From NCBI GenBank assembly GCA_013239625.1, contig MU054212.1, positions 4,684,270-4,748,269 on the forward strand: a stretch of DNA of 64,000 nucleotides, read 5' to 3'. The stretch is from Lama guanicoe. Taxonomy: Eukaryota. The position numbers and the translations under genes are program-made. Position 1 is the first letter of the stretch, and each line of letters starts with the position of its first letter. Positions 1 through 12,179 of this stretch are shown piece after piece. The notes beneath the pieces were generated by a model. The model worked only from the letters and a program-made list of their open reading frames with translations, was not told the origin of the DNA and ran no database searches.

Positions 1-200
1 GGAGACAGTAGCAACAACATTTTCTGGAGGAGCTACTACTGTCAGCCCCCTGGCGTTGTCCCCTGTCCAGGCCTGCTTCCTGGCTCCACTGTAAACAATA
101 CTGGCTGATGCCTTTAATTCTTATGTCCTTACCCTGATCCTGGGGACAACTTCCTTGTATTAACTCTATAAAGAATATTCCAAATAACCCACATCTGTTT
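1..200. mobile_element. Possible old ERVL-class LTR remnant
   Basis: Relatively GC-rich segment whose end resembles LTR16/LTR33-type 3' ends; recognised by eye only. Confidence 0.25.
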
Positions 201-859
201 CCCCTACTGCAGGTGCAAATTAGATCCAAAAGATCACTGAAATCTAATTTTAAGCATGAGTCCTAAATCCTTAGCTAGAAACTAGCTCACGTCTTTTATT
301 CCTTTCCTGTCTACAGCTAAGCCACTCAGTATTTAAACAGAATAAGCTCTTTTTCTGTTCTTTCTTTCTTCTTCTTCTTTTAAATCTGATTTTCAAAATG
401 AGCAAATTCTGTTTTAGTTCTTAGATGCTCAGCTCTTCAGTACCACCCCCACCGTTCCTTATACTCCGTTAGAGCTTAATCTCTCTGAAATCTCTAGATA
501 TGTCATTTTTGGTAGTGTGCATTTCCTCAGACCTCCTTCAAGCTGACCCCCTTAGGAAAACAAATATTTTAATTAAGATGAAGTTTTTGTGGGAACATTA
601 GTCTTCTCTTTTATGACACATTATCCTGGTTTTGTTCCTTCCCCTTTTTTCTCCTTCTTAAAATATCTGCATAAATATAGTTATATAAATTATGTATTTC
701 ATAGGCTATATAAAAATACACTTATTGCATACAATGTACTTGCAACCATAATGCCTTTTTAAAATCTGTTTTCTTTGTAAATTGTTCTTAGAGTGAGGGG
801 AAAAAAAAGCCAGAAATTGTTTTGAACTGGCATATTCCGCCCCATGAGTGTAACAACAG

Positions 860-970
860 TAATCATCTCCTAGAATAGCATTTGGATCACCTGGGAGCTT
901 GTCTAACTAGAGTTTGCAGCCTCTTATTCCACTGCATTCTTTATGGATTCTGTGCTTCAGAAATACTGAG
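860..970. mobile_element. MER5-like hAT-Charlie DNA transposon fragment
   Basis: 'gcatttggatcacctgggagcttgt' resembles the MER5 core 'atcagaatcacctgggagcttgtt'. Confidence 0.45.
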
Positions 971-979
971 CCGCTCACA

Positions 980-1295
980 CGTATCACGCATTGTCATGCC
1001 TCCATAATTTTGTTCATGCATTTCTTTACTTGGGGACACCGTTTTCCTGGTAACTTACCTGCTATTTAAATCTCAATGCAGAATTCACTTTTATGAAGCA
1101 AGTGAAAATAATGGGCTTCCTTTGTATTGAATTCAGAACAGTTGGATTTTTACTCCCATTATGATACCCTCGAATTAGAGTTGGCTCTTTTCATGTGTGT
1201 CTCTACCACTCTGTTACAATTTCTCATCGGAGCTGATCAACAGGCCTAGAACTGGAATTTGCCGTTAGTAAATTATTTCATTCAATGAAAGAAAT
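980..1295 (+). mobile_element. L2 LINE 3' end, degraded
   Basis: L2-like body ending in 'agtaaattatttcattcaatgaaagaa', similar to the L2 (TGAA)n tail. Confidence 0.5.
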
Positions 1296-1369
1296 GTTCC
1301 GATTGAAAATAGAAATAAATTGGTAGGTAATATATTCTTTTCTTATTTGCAAAACTTTGAACATAAGAA

Positions 1370-1720
1370 TTATCTAATTCATGAAAAATTATTATTTAGT
1401 GATTACTGGGACCAGTCATTGTAGAAGTTACTGTGAATAAGATGAATAAGAGAATTTCTATTTTTAAGAAACTCAGTCTAGTGTACAAGATAGAAAATAG
1501 AAAGATATTTATAATTCAATGTGAAAAGCATGAGAAATGTGCTCTGCACGTTACAGAAGAAACAATGTGGAGACAACTTTCCTACCAGGAATGAGTTAGG
1601 GAATGTTTCCTAGAAGAATGTTGATGGAATTTAGTTTTTAATGTTGACTCTGAATTAACGAGGAAAAGAAAAAAATAAAGGGCATTTCAGGCAGGGGGGA
1701 GAAAACCCAAGAAATAGCAA
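1370..1720 (-). mobile_element. L2 LINE 3' end, reverse orientation
   Basis: 'aagaaactcagtctagtg', 'tttcctagaagaatg' and 'aagggcatttcaggcagggg' match antisense L2 3' motifs. Confidence 0.6.
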
Positions 1721-2454
1721 AGTACTAAAAACAGCCCCTGTGGGACGGACAGATGTGTCCTCTCTTCATCCCCTCAGCTGAAGCGCTGGTTAGTTCCTCA
1801 TACCATTTAAGACTTCCACAATGAAAAGCCCATGCCTTTTACCCCTCTGCCTCATTGCCACTCACCAGACACCACCGTAGCAATGCAACTCCAGTCCCCT
1901 CCTCCACGACTCCTCACTGTCTATATCAATTTATTCCCCTCTAGACATGCAATACTAAAGTTCTAGAAATCGTTGCACAATATTAAGGTTCTGGAAGTTG
2001 TTCATTGGTACCCATTAAAGAGCAAATATGTATGTAGAAACAAATGCGTTTGTGAAATGCTCAGCATTAGATCTCTTTTTTTGGATGGTCACAATACATG
2101 TTTGTTTACTACAACTTTAGGAAACCTGGCAGTAAGAACACCTGTTTAAATCTGTTTTCTCTGGCCTGCTTAACATCTATGATTTGCTAAACATCTGTGA
2201 TTAGAGAATCCCCTTTGAAGATTTACTATCATCATCTTATAGAGCTGATAGAGGACCTTTTCAAAATCTGAGCTGAAGGATCAAATCCAAGTTTCTTAAC
2301 AACACATTCAAGTGCAACATACCTCTCTAAAAACACTCCTTGCCACTGACTACTTCAAGTCAGTTGGTGATTTAGCAGGTAGTGTCATAGCCCGACTGGG
2401 GCGAAGAGCCTACAACAACAGGCACAGATTGGTACACAGCCCTGAGTGTTTCCT

Positions 2455-2530
2455 CCACTTACACAGTCAAAATATTTAATAACTGTTAAGGCATAGTCAC
2501 CGACCTGTCAGAACAGACAGTGGCTGTAGT
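2455..2530. mobile_element. Possible hAT-type DNA transposon remnant
   Basis: 'caaaatatttaataactg...caccgacctgtcagaacagac' resembles a eutherian MER DNA-element motif; family uncertain. Confidence 0.25.
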
Positions 2531-2964
2531 GGTGACCCGTGAATGAAGGAGTAGGAAACGCACTGACTTCCCTGATGCTTAAACTGTTTGCTGACTCTTT
2601 CTGACTCAGAAGCCCTTCAGTTTGCTTTCTCTCCCTTACTGCTTTTTATGCTGAACAACCCACAAACATCCAATAGCTTTAGCCAGGAAGAAGGTATTGG
2701 GCCAATAATCTCAGGCTCTCCACAGCTCCCCCATGAGGCGAGAGAGACTCATGGAGGTTAAGGGGACTGCAGCAGCAGTGACATCACTGTCAGGTTCGTG
2801 GTAGTGAATTAGACATTTATCTTTGAAGGAATGTGCACCATATTACAGTGCTTGCAACACAATCACCAAGTACTTGAAGAGCCCTTAGAAAGAAGATGGC
2901 ATCCAGGAAATGAAGTTATGTTACATGCTGTCACTGAGATACATACAAAAATCTGTTGACAGCA

Positions 2965-3125
2965 TGTTTTATTAGGATTCTCCAAACAAACTTAACCAAC
3001 AGGATGTATTTACAAAAAGAGATTTATTTTAAGGAATTTGGCTTACACGATTGTGGAAGTTGGCAAGTCTACAGGGAAGCCTGGGAAGATGGAAATTCCA
3101 GCAAGTGTTGATGCTGCAGTCTTGA
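2965..3125 (-). mobile_element. MLT2 (ERVL) LTR fragment
   Basis: 'attaggattctccaaacaaacttaaccaacagga...gagatttattttaaggaatttggcttacacgattgtgga' matches the antisense MLT2 3' end. Confidence 0.75.
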
Positions 3126-3134
3126 ACTTTTGGA

Positions 3135-3740
3135 TACAAATATATAATCCAATACTATTTACCTGAGGAAATCCTATATAAACAAGTACATAATATGCTT
3201 AAATTAAGAGACGCTAAAACTTGTACCAAAGAAAGCCTTAGGTCCAGAAGTGAAATTAAGATATAAACAGCACAAGAGATAGAAAGGAGTATTACATACT
3301 GCTAAGAGGAAACATATTCCATGGTCTTATATGTATCCCACTAAATGTAAAGACCAAATTTAAAAAGCAAAAATTCTAGAACTTAGAAGAGAAGCTAAGA
3401 ACTATATCAAAAAATACACTGGGAGATTTCAATACCCCTTTTAGATGCCAAGAGATTATCATTATATTTAGAGTGTAAAGGTATCACAGATTTGAATAAG
3501 AAATTAAGCTTGGACTAACATACATGAATACATACACACACATTAAACCCAGAAATATCTCTATTCTTTGGGAGATCACAAGAATTTTCACACACATATC
3601 CAAGCACATACATAGAAACACACACACACACAACACACACAGTTGACTATCTTTGGTAGCAGGCCATCTGCAAAGGAAGCCTAGTATGTTATAAAGAATC
3701 AGCTATCATGTAAACAATGTTTTTAGAACATACTGCAAAT
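3135..3740 (+). mobile_element. Ancient L1M, ORF2 endonuclease region, degraded
   Basis: A-rich strand with 'gggagatttcaatacccct' (GDFNTP motif) and other EN-region remnants. Confidence 0.65.
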
Positions 3741-3918
3741 AACTAGCACATATATATCCAAGTCCATCACACTTTCCAATAAAAACTTTACATTATATAT
3801 TAAATATTTCTCCTTCTATCCTTCTCTCTCTCTGCAAACTGTCTTCTCACTACCAAGCTCTTTTCTCAGGTTCTTCTTCCCTTTCTAAGACAATGCTCTA
3901 GACTGCATGCTGCCACCC

Positions 3919-3932
3919 CCCTCAGGGGGCAG
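3919..3932 (+). promoter_or_regulatory. Candidate CTCF motif (CCCTCAGGGGGCAG)
   Basis: 12/14 match to CCACCAGGGGGCAG. Confidence 0.35.
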
Positions 3933-5739
3933 TTCCCTTGGTGTTCTGGTGAATGTGATTCCCCATAATATTACAGGCGTAATCAGAAGGAAAAGAAGAG
4001 AGGAGGGAAGGGGGGGAGGGGTGGAAGGTAGAGACTTTTTCCTCTTGCCCCTATTTACGTATGCTGCTTACTTACACAGCTCTGTCCTTTCTTTTTCTAA
4101 AGGGTCTGTTTTATTGACAGAAAATTCTCTATTATTTAGGAAGGAGGAGGAAGATTTGGGGGTCTTGGAGCGTTCCACTTGACTCTGTAATAGACGAGAT
4201 ACTTTCCGATTGCTGTGAAGGGGTAATAGTTATGCAGTTCAAGAAACATTCCCACAGAGAACCTAGGCAGGATATCAAGATGGTACATCTGACTGCAAAT
4301 CAACTACCCGATTCCTAGAAAGGTGGGATGACTGGCTGGGGATTTTAAATGTTCTTGTGGCTGATGCCAATAAATGAGTGTGTTTATTAACAATTTATTT
4401 ACAGCACAGAGATTGATTTTACTAGGGCTGCCTAGCCAGTCACGGCAAAAGAGGAAGTAAATTAGTTCTCCCAGAGCTTTCAGGAATCCACTATTATAAC
4501 GGAGTCAGTGTATCCTGGAAGTGAGTATCAGGAGGTAACAGTAAAGTGATGAGCACTGTGATAAAGAACATAAAATGAAATCTGTCTGCAAAAAATCTGG
4601 TATAGGTTTTGATTTACATATGTTCAATATAGCCTGAACCATTCCAAATTAAAGGAAAGGGCACAGGTCAAATAGAGTCAATCCCTCAATTATGCAAATA
4701 ATGTTGAGGATAATTACACTAGGGTCGTGCATGGTACAAAAATAGGAGTTGGTTTCCTATTTCTTAAGCAGTGAGAGTGATAGTCGTAAAAAATAAAAGG
4801 TACAAATTAGAAGAAAACCTTCTCTGAGTTTACAATCTATACCATCTGAGTAAGGAAAAAAAAAATGACAAGATCAGGATCCAGAGATACAGTATTCTAA
4901 TTGTCTGGTTAGTCTTAACCAAGTGTAAATCTGAAGCTCATTGCAGGAAAGGAAATCTACATTTAAACACATGTGTATACAAGTAAATCTTTTTATCATC
5001 TGCAACATCATACGTTCAAAATACAAATTATTACCTAATCTTCAAACAAAATAAAAAATATAAACTTATACTTGGTGAGTATTCCTTACTGGAGGCAGTA
5101 GAAAGACTATATAAAAATAAATGGAAGGTGGTAACATGTGGTGTTTAAAAATGCAGCTGTGAGTATCTAGGTGCCCTTTTTCCTCTATGAATACATTTAT
5201 AGTCATTCTGAAAGGAGAATGTAGAAAAGTAAAGTGTCCAGAAAGCACTGATATTTATTTGGCCTGAATTTTATTCTGCTGCTAAAATGACTGGTGGGCA
5301 TCTATGGTTTCTTTGATTAAAAATATACCTAATTTAAGGAAATAATTATGGAATATAAATATAAAATTTTCTTTATATCACAAATTACTAGAAAGTAGTT
5401 CAAAAGGTATGAAGATATCATTCACTTTTGTTTCATGTTTATAAAGATTTGAGCTTTGGAAAACAATGCCATGGTATTTATGTAATTCGCTGCTGGTTAA
5501 ACTGTAACTTAAATCTATGCTCTTGATATAAGAACTTTTTAAATCCTGATCCATAGATGTTTTGATAATATGAGTTAGCAAAGGCATTGCATATGAAGAG
5601 GCTGTAATTTTCTCACATCTAAGCCAAGTTAAATTTTCTCTCCTGCAGTTTCACAATATTTAATAAATATAAAAACATGCATGCCTTATAACATGAGATT
5701 TCATCTGCAGTTACTTACTTTAAAGAAACTGGTGTGCAT

Positions 5740-5986
5740 GTGCGTTAAGGACACAAGTTGATTGCAATACTGTTTATCATGATGAAACCAGAAACAATTC
5801 CAGCTTCCACTGTGGTATATACTTCCAGAGGAGTACCATAGAATTACAACGAATGATCTAGAACGATGAATTTGACCTGTATTTATCATCATGGCTCAGT
5901 CTTAAAAACAATGCTGAGTGAAAGCAAAAGTGGAAGTATGTCACTCAAGTCATTTATGACAAAAGAATATACTCTTCTAACAGTGT

Positions 5987-6036
<50 letters not shown>

Positions 6037-6260
6037 GAGGATACACACCAACTCATGATGAGAACTTCCTATGAGGGGGGAAGGTAGAAAGTTGGATGAT
6101 GGGAATAACTTCATATGGAAAATATTTTACATATTTACTTTGAAAAGTGTGAAGGAACAGTGATGAAGAATCAACACTGGTCAATTATAAGTTGTACGAA
6201 CCTAAGAATTATCTATTTATTCTCTGAAATCATCTGATCTTTTTAAATATTTTTAAAAAT
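5740..6260 (+). mobile_element. L1ME-type 3' end
   Basis: 'tcttaaaaacaatgctgagtgaaagcaaaag' and 'ggatacacaccaactcatgatg' are typical old L1 3'UTR motifs. Confidence 0.6.
5989..6034. repeat. (AC)23 microsatellite
   Basis: Perfect AC dinucleotide run. Confidence 0.98.
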
Positions 6261-7789
6261 TGCTGTCCTAATCACCTCTCACCAATGAAGGACCCTACAT
6301 TACAAGGCACAGTGCACAGTACTTTGAAACAGCACTGACACCACAATGAAGATGACAGTATGATGGAAGCACCAAAGTAAATATTGATTTACATATATTG
6401 TAATTACAGTAGTAATAAAATACATAAACACAAGCTAAAATGGACAATGCATAATTTCTAAAGTTGAATTCTATGGAAATGGCAAGTCAAGCTTGACATT
6501 TTGAAAGAAGTTAAAGAACTAGAAACAGTGTTAGTTTAGCGGATATCCCGGCATCTCTTAGCACTTCCTAGAATTCCCATCATCTTCTTTGGTCTGCTGC
6601 ATGTAGAATTGGACTTTGTTACATTAGAGAGTTGAAATGAAAATCCTTATTAGAAACATAAATAATGCAGTGTTATGATTTGTTGTGCAAGACAAAGCTG
6701 ATGAATGTGTGTCAACAAGAATGATTGAGAAAGGATATTTTTAAAGGCTGCTGTTGCTCGTGACCTAGCATTCTTCCCACCTACGTGACTCTCAAAACAC
6801 TTAAGGAAATTGTATGTGTCAATGCTCCAAGGAGCAAACAGCATTTGTAATGGAATGTTCCAGGAATCTATTACGGCAGAGACTATATGTAATACATGCG
6901 ATCCTTGGACCTGTTTCTCTCCACTTTTGAAGTTCTAAAGGAAACTGATAGAAAGGGTAAATATTAAGGGGGAAAAAGGATGTGTGTGTGTACGTATGCA
7001 TTTGGGAAGGAGATAAACAATGTCATTTTGAATAAGAAATGAAATGCTTAATAAATAGACTTACAGAAAAAGTGGGCACTGCTGTTAATTATATCAAAAA
7101 GACTTAGAGCTTTCTGGCCATAAATTTGAGAGAGACTGGTAAAATTAATCATGAAACTGAACTTAAAAGCCATAAGTGACGGGATTACAATTCTGACAGG
7201 CCTCATAGTTGTGTGACATAGTGACGCAGTAGTGGCGTAAAGATTATGCATTGTTTCTGCATTGTTTGGAAAACCTGGGGCAAACAGGAATGGTGGAAAA
7301 GGAATTCTTGATTTAATTTCTCCTCTGCATCTACGAAAGTCAAGTTCATGTAAAACACAGAAATCTCGGCATGCTCAAAAATCACAATGTCAAGTGGAAA
7401 ACGTACAGTTTTTAAACTTGAATTGTTACAGGGAAGCAGAAACAAGGATAAAGCAAATAAAAAAAATAAACAAAAAATTCTAAGAAACTAAAAACAAGCC
7501 ATTTGGCTAATTCCAAATCCAACTGTTGTTCTTTCGTTCAATGATAGTAAGAGCTATGAAATATTCCCGAGTAGAGCAGCAATTGTCATTCTATAACATT
7601 AATTTTTTTGAGAAGACACAACATAGCATTATGTGTTGCCGAGTAGTATGCATAGTTTTCATTATATGGTAAGAACTAAAATAACAGATTCTCAGAACCA
7701 CATTAAAGACTGAATTTTGAGCAATTAGAACAACTAAAAAAATCATCCTAAGGGTTTTCTGTTTCCTTTCTTCATTTTTTTTTACCTTC

Positions 7790-9016
7790 TTATTCACTTT
7801 CAATCCACTCCAATTTGCCTTTAATTTCAGTTTTTATTAGGATCAGCAATGACCCAATTCTCTGTCTCTCAATTTGGCAGGGATGTTCTAGATCTCATTT
7901 TATTTGTCTTCTTAGTAACATTCTATGCTTCTGAAGTCTCTCTCCTTGAAATATTCTCCCCCATACACATTGCTTTCTTGAATCTCCCCTGACATTTAAG
8001 GTCACTCTTTAGCCTCTCTTTTGGAAATATGCCCTTTACATGGTCATTAAATGTTAGAATTACTCAAAGTTTATTCCTGGATTCTCTTCTTTTCTCATCC
8101 CGTATACATGGTACCTCTACTGCTTCAATTTCCACCAGCATTTGGTCGACTCACACACGGCGATCCCCAGCCTATAACTTGCTGATTAGCATTTCAGTTT
8201 GGATTTTTTCAAAGGTGCTTCAAACTTAATGTATTGAAAACTAAATACATATATGTATACCTAGAATAAGGTATACTCCGTACCTCAAACCCGTGAGAAG
8301 TATCCCCAGAGGAATAATTCTTAACCCATCTATCTCCCACATTCTACATCCTACACATCATTTTTATTTGTTAATATTAATTTTAAATGCTTCCAGGTCC
8401 ATCTGCTTATCTGGATCTTGTTATCACCATCTTCCTTTCTAAACTGGATCAAGGCAATGCCTTCCTACGCAGTGTGTCTCCATTGATTCTTTTTCTCACT
8501 TTTCAGAATCTATTACCCACCACAGCTTATGCCACTTCAATAACTTTCTAAAGCTCTTAGGCTGAATTTCCAATTTCCTTAACACGTTGCTCAAGGCACT
8601 CACTTCCCATAGGTATTTCACTCACATCCTGCACTGCTCTATATTTCTGCTCCCTGATTATGTCATATATCCTCATGCCTTTGATGGGAAATCTCCACTT
8701 CTGCTCATTTTGCCTGGTTGAATGCCAACTCCTCCTACAGCTCTCATCCCAGCTCTTAACTTCTTTAGGTCAGCTTTACCTTGACCTCTCTGATTGGCTC
8801 AAACTTCTCTATACGTGGTTTCACAGCACCCTACAACTCTACTCCATGGCACTTATTATAGGCATATATTTATGTATGTATTTGTGTAATGATTTACTTT
8901 TTGTAGTTGGGTCATAGTCTCTTACCAAATCTGATACTACTTGCTATTGTTTTTTAGTGTCTGTAACAGACGTGGCAGCTGGTAGGCATTCAAATATTTA
9001 TTGATTGAATGAATGA
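7790..9016 (+). mobile_element. L2 LINE, ~1.2 kb 3' portion
   Basis: Pyrimidine-rich L2 body ending in the canonical 'ggtaggcattcaaatatttattgattgaatgaatga'. Confidence 0.8.
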
Positions 9017-11424
9017 CTGCAAGAAAGCACAGTTAAGATGCAACTTGGAGAGACAGGAAATGCTGTGTAGGATGGGATGGCAAGGGCAGCACGAGTGGAT
9101 TAGCAAACGAAAAAGAGCAAAAGGACATGGGCCTCACTGAGCAGAGACTAGGGTTAATATCAAGTCCATCTATTATTTTTACTTATATTTATAGCATTGA
9201 TACAGCTACATTGTGTTGGATGTTGTGAAAGATATAGGAACTGTAACATATCAACAGAAAGGATGTAAGTAAATTGCTTAGTAAATTGCAGGTAGAGTAT
9301 AATTCATACAAAATGATTAATCCATTTTTAAAATAGGTCATTATCTTTTTAGAGATATGAGCGGTATGTCTTTTCAGGACTCTTCGAATGCTGGCAACTT
9401 GGGCCTTAAAGTGAACAGACTTTGTAAGAAGTCTCTACTCCCAAATGACATACAAACAATTCTCTCTTTCTCAGTTTGAGAACTTATAATAGTTGAGTCA
9501 CCGTTATTGGTTTTCAGGTAGAAATTGTAAGTTTCTGTCTCAGACTAAACTTTATTCTGAGTAAGCTTCAATAACAGCACTGGGTTGTTGCTAAGCAGCA
9601 AGAAGACACTGAAGATACGTTCTACACGTACATTGTGTATACACACACATTACTTCTTTCTTGGAACTCCTTACTATTCTGCTATCATACAGGCAGGAAT
9701 AAAAGTGTGTGCTATATTGCCACCTGTAAAATTGTATTTCCCTTCCTTCTCTTATTGTTAAGTTTTAACAACAACAAAAGAAAAAAAACCCTTAAAGATA
9801 AAGGGAAAAATGGTACAAGAGGATATGGTTTCTGTTTAATTTAATGGGTTTAAAAATTCATTTAAAACCTGTTTGTTCTTCTTTGTATTACCACAGTGCA
9901 TAATGACAGTACTTGGCATTAATGTACATCCACGTGCATTACAAAGGGTATTCACTGTAACTTAGCAACAGCTAAGTATGGCTTCTTCAGCTTGTTGATT
10001 TCTACTGACAGACCTGGGAGGCCATAGAAAATTCAATTTACTCTAAATTTCTTATGTTGGAAGTTAAATGTTAAGCTCCTGTTTACAGAAAGCTCTTTTG
10101 TGAATTTCCAGTTAGAATTCGCAAGCTCTGTTCTACACAGCAGGAAGTGTTGGGCATTTTTTATTGTTGTTCGGGGAGTGTCACAGAAAACAAGTTTCCT
10201 CTATAACACTCTCCTGTGTCCATACGCTTTAACGATGATGGTTCCAAAGTAGGAACAGCAAGAGAGGTGTATCAGCGGACAAAACTTAGAAGAGAACTTT
10301 AACTCACGGAAAGCTCATGATTCTACATGCAATAAATACAAAGAAATGCCCTGTATTTACTGTGTCTCAATTTCTATCTTAAGTGAGTGCTTAAAAAAAA
10401 AAAATCAACTTACATCAGCAAAATAAATGTTTATACAAAAAAATGAGGAAAGAATTAAAAATTGTAATAAAGTCCTTTAGATTCAATACGTTTGGTTTGA
10501 AATTAAACCTCATATTTTATCCTTGTTTCACTCTCAGAACAATATTGATAGGTGACTGAATTGAGGAGGGCTCAAATCAAAGGCTATGTAGAGCTATATA
10601 CGTACATTATAAGCCACTTTCCATTTTGAAGACTTTAAGCTGCTTCTGTATTGTTTTTTTCTTTAGCAAAGTATCAGAAAGAGAAAGAACCAATTTTACT
10701 TTATATTTATCTCAGTGCTAGGCAGTTTATGTTAATAAACTGTTGCTATCTATATATGATGTCAATAGGAAGTTTGTGTTAGTTTAATCAATGAGTTGCA
10801 CAAAGTAAACAGGGTATTTGTTTTGGAAGATTGAAAAAGCAAATTCTTGAGAAGTTATTATGAAAATAATTTTTGACTTACAAAAATACTGATTAAATAC
10901 AAAGTTTCATCCTATAGCACTCTAAGTTTTATACTCATGTTTGTACTTATAATACTGAAAATCAATGGAATATACCATTGGAACGACCCAATTTATTATA
11001 CATTGTTTTTAATATCAGTTCATGATACACTGGGAAATATGTCTCTTTCTCTTTCTGTGAAAAGAAGAAATTCCCACAAGTGCAGGCTTTAATTTAGTCA
11101 CAATTTGCCTGTGAATATGTGTTCTATTTTTGAAAGCAGTGTATTATGAAATCTGGAATTTTTTCTATTTGAACACTCCCTTTGCATCAGCATTTCTTAT
11201 TATCAAGATCTCTGCCACATAGAAAAGTTTTATATTCTTTTTTTCTCTTTACAAACTGATTAAATATCTTAGAGGAAAGCTGTCTTAAAGTATTTTCCCA
11301 CAACTTCCCGAGATAAAGAAATTAAGTTAAAGGAATTCCCCCCAGTTTTATTGGACCTATGCTTTAATTCACTTTAAAATACAGCAAAGGAAGATAACAG
11401 GAAAAGGAGTAAGATGGAAGTCAG

Positions 11425-11481
11425 TAAGATGGTTAGTGATTATAAATCAATAAAAAATGTTAAAAAAAATAAGATGGTTAG
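11425..11481 (+). mobile_element. 33-bp extreme 5'-truncated young L1 tail with 12-bp target-site duplication
   Basis: TAAGATGGTTAG at 11425-11436 and 11470-11481 flanks 'tgattataaatcaataaaaaatgttaaaaaaaa', identical to the L1 3' end at ~24222-24254. Confidence 0.85.
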
Positions 11482-11564
11482 GGAAGAGGTATTAAGTGAG
11501 ATACTGTTATTGTAAGAAAAATCTCATTGACAGGGTAGCATAGGTTTACAATGGCCTCAGACAT

Positions 11565-12060
11565 CTGTGGAAAAGTGAAAGGCATACAAAAATATTATAA
11601 GATTTCTATGTAATAAGTTAGAAATGAACAATGAAAGGGGACACCAAAATACACCCTTCATTTGGAAAATATAAACCACTTGACCAACCGACAAATGAAA
11701 ATAAGAAAACCCAACAGACACACAAAGGAAACAGACTCTTCTAAACAATACAGAGGATAATCATGATGGGAATTATTTAGAAATCAATACAATAAAACCT
11801 CTGCAAAGGCAATCTTGTGGGATGTTTCCTCGGAGGAAAGTTTATTCGGGGGAAAAAAAAAATCAATAAACTAGGCATTCAACTCAAGAAGCTAAGGAAA
11901 AAAGCAAACAAAAATAATAATATAAAGCCACACTAAGCAGAAAAGTTTAATTTAAAGTAAAAAAAAATTAAGTATTGTAAAGACCAATAAAATGGGCAAA
12001 ACTTTGAAAAACTGATGGTGAAGAAAGAAAAAAAGAATACTTTAAAAAGTAACAAACAAA
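11565..12060 (+). mobile_element. Ancient L1M ORF2 fragment (post-endonuclease region)
   Basis: 'cttctaaacaat', 'atcttgtgggatg' and 'caactcaagaagctaagga' are L1 ORF2 motifs. Confidence 0.7.
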
Positions 12061-12179
12061 AACCTCAATTAAATAGTCAGGGGACTAGAGGAAGAAGTCC
12101 CCACACTCTGTGACAACAGCAGAACCCAACAGGGAGAAGAAAGATTCCTTCTTCTTGCCTGGTAAGAGCTCAGCCAGAA

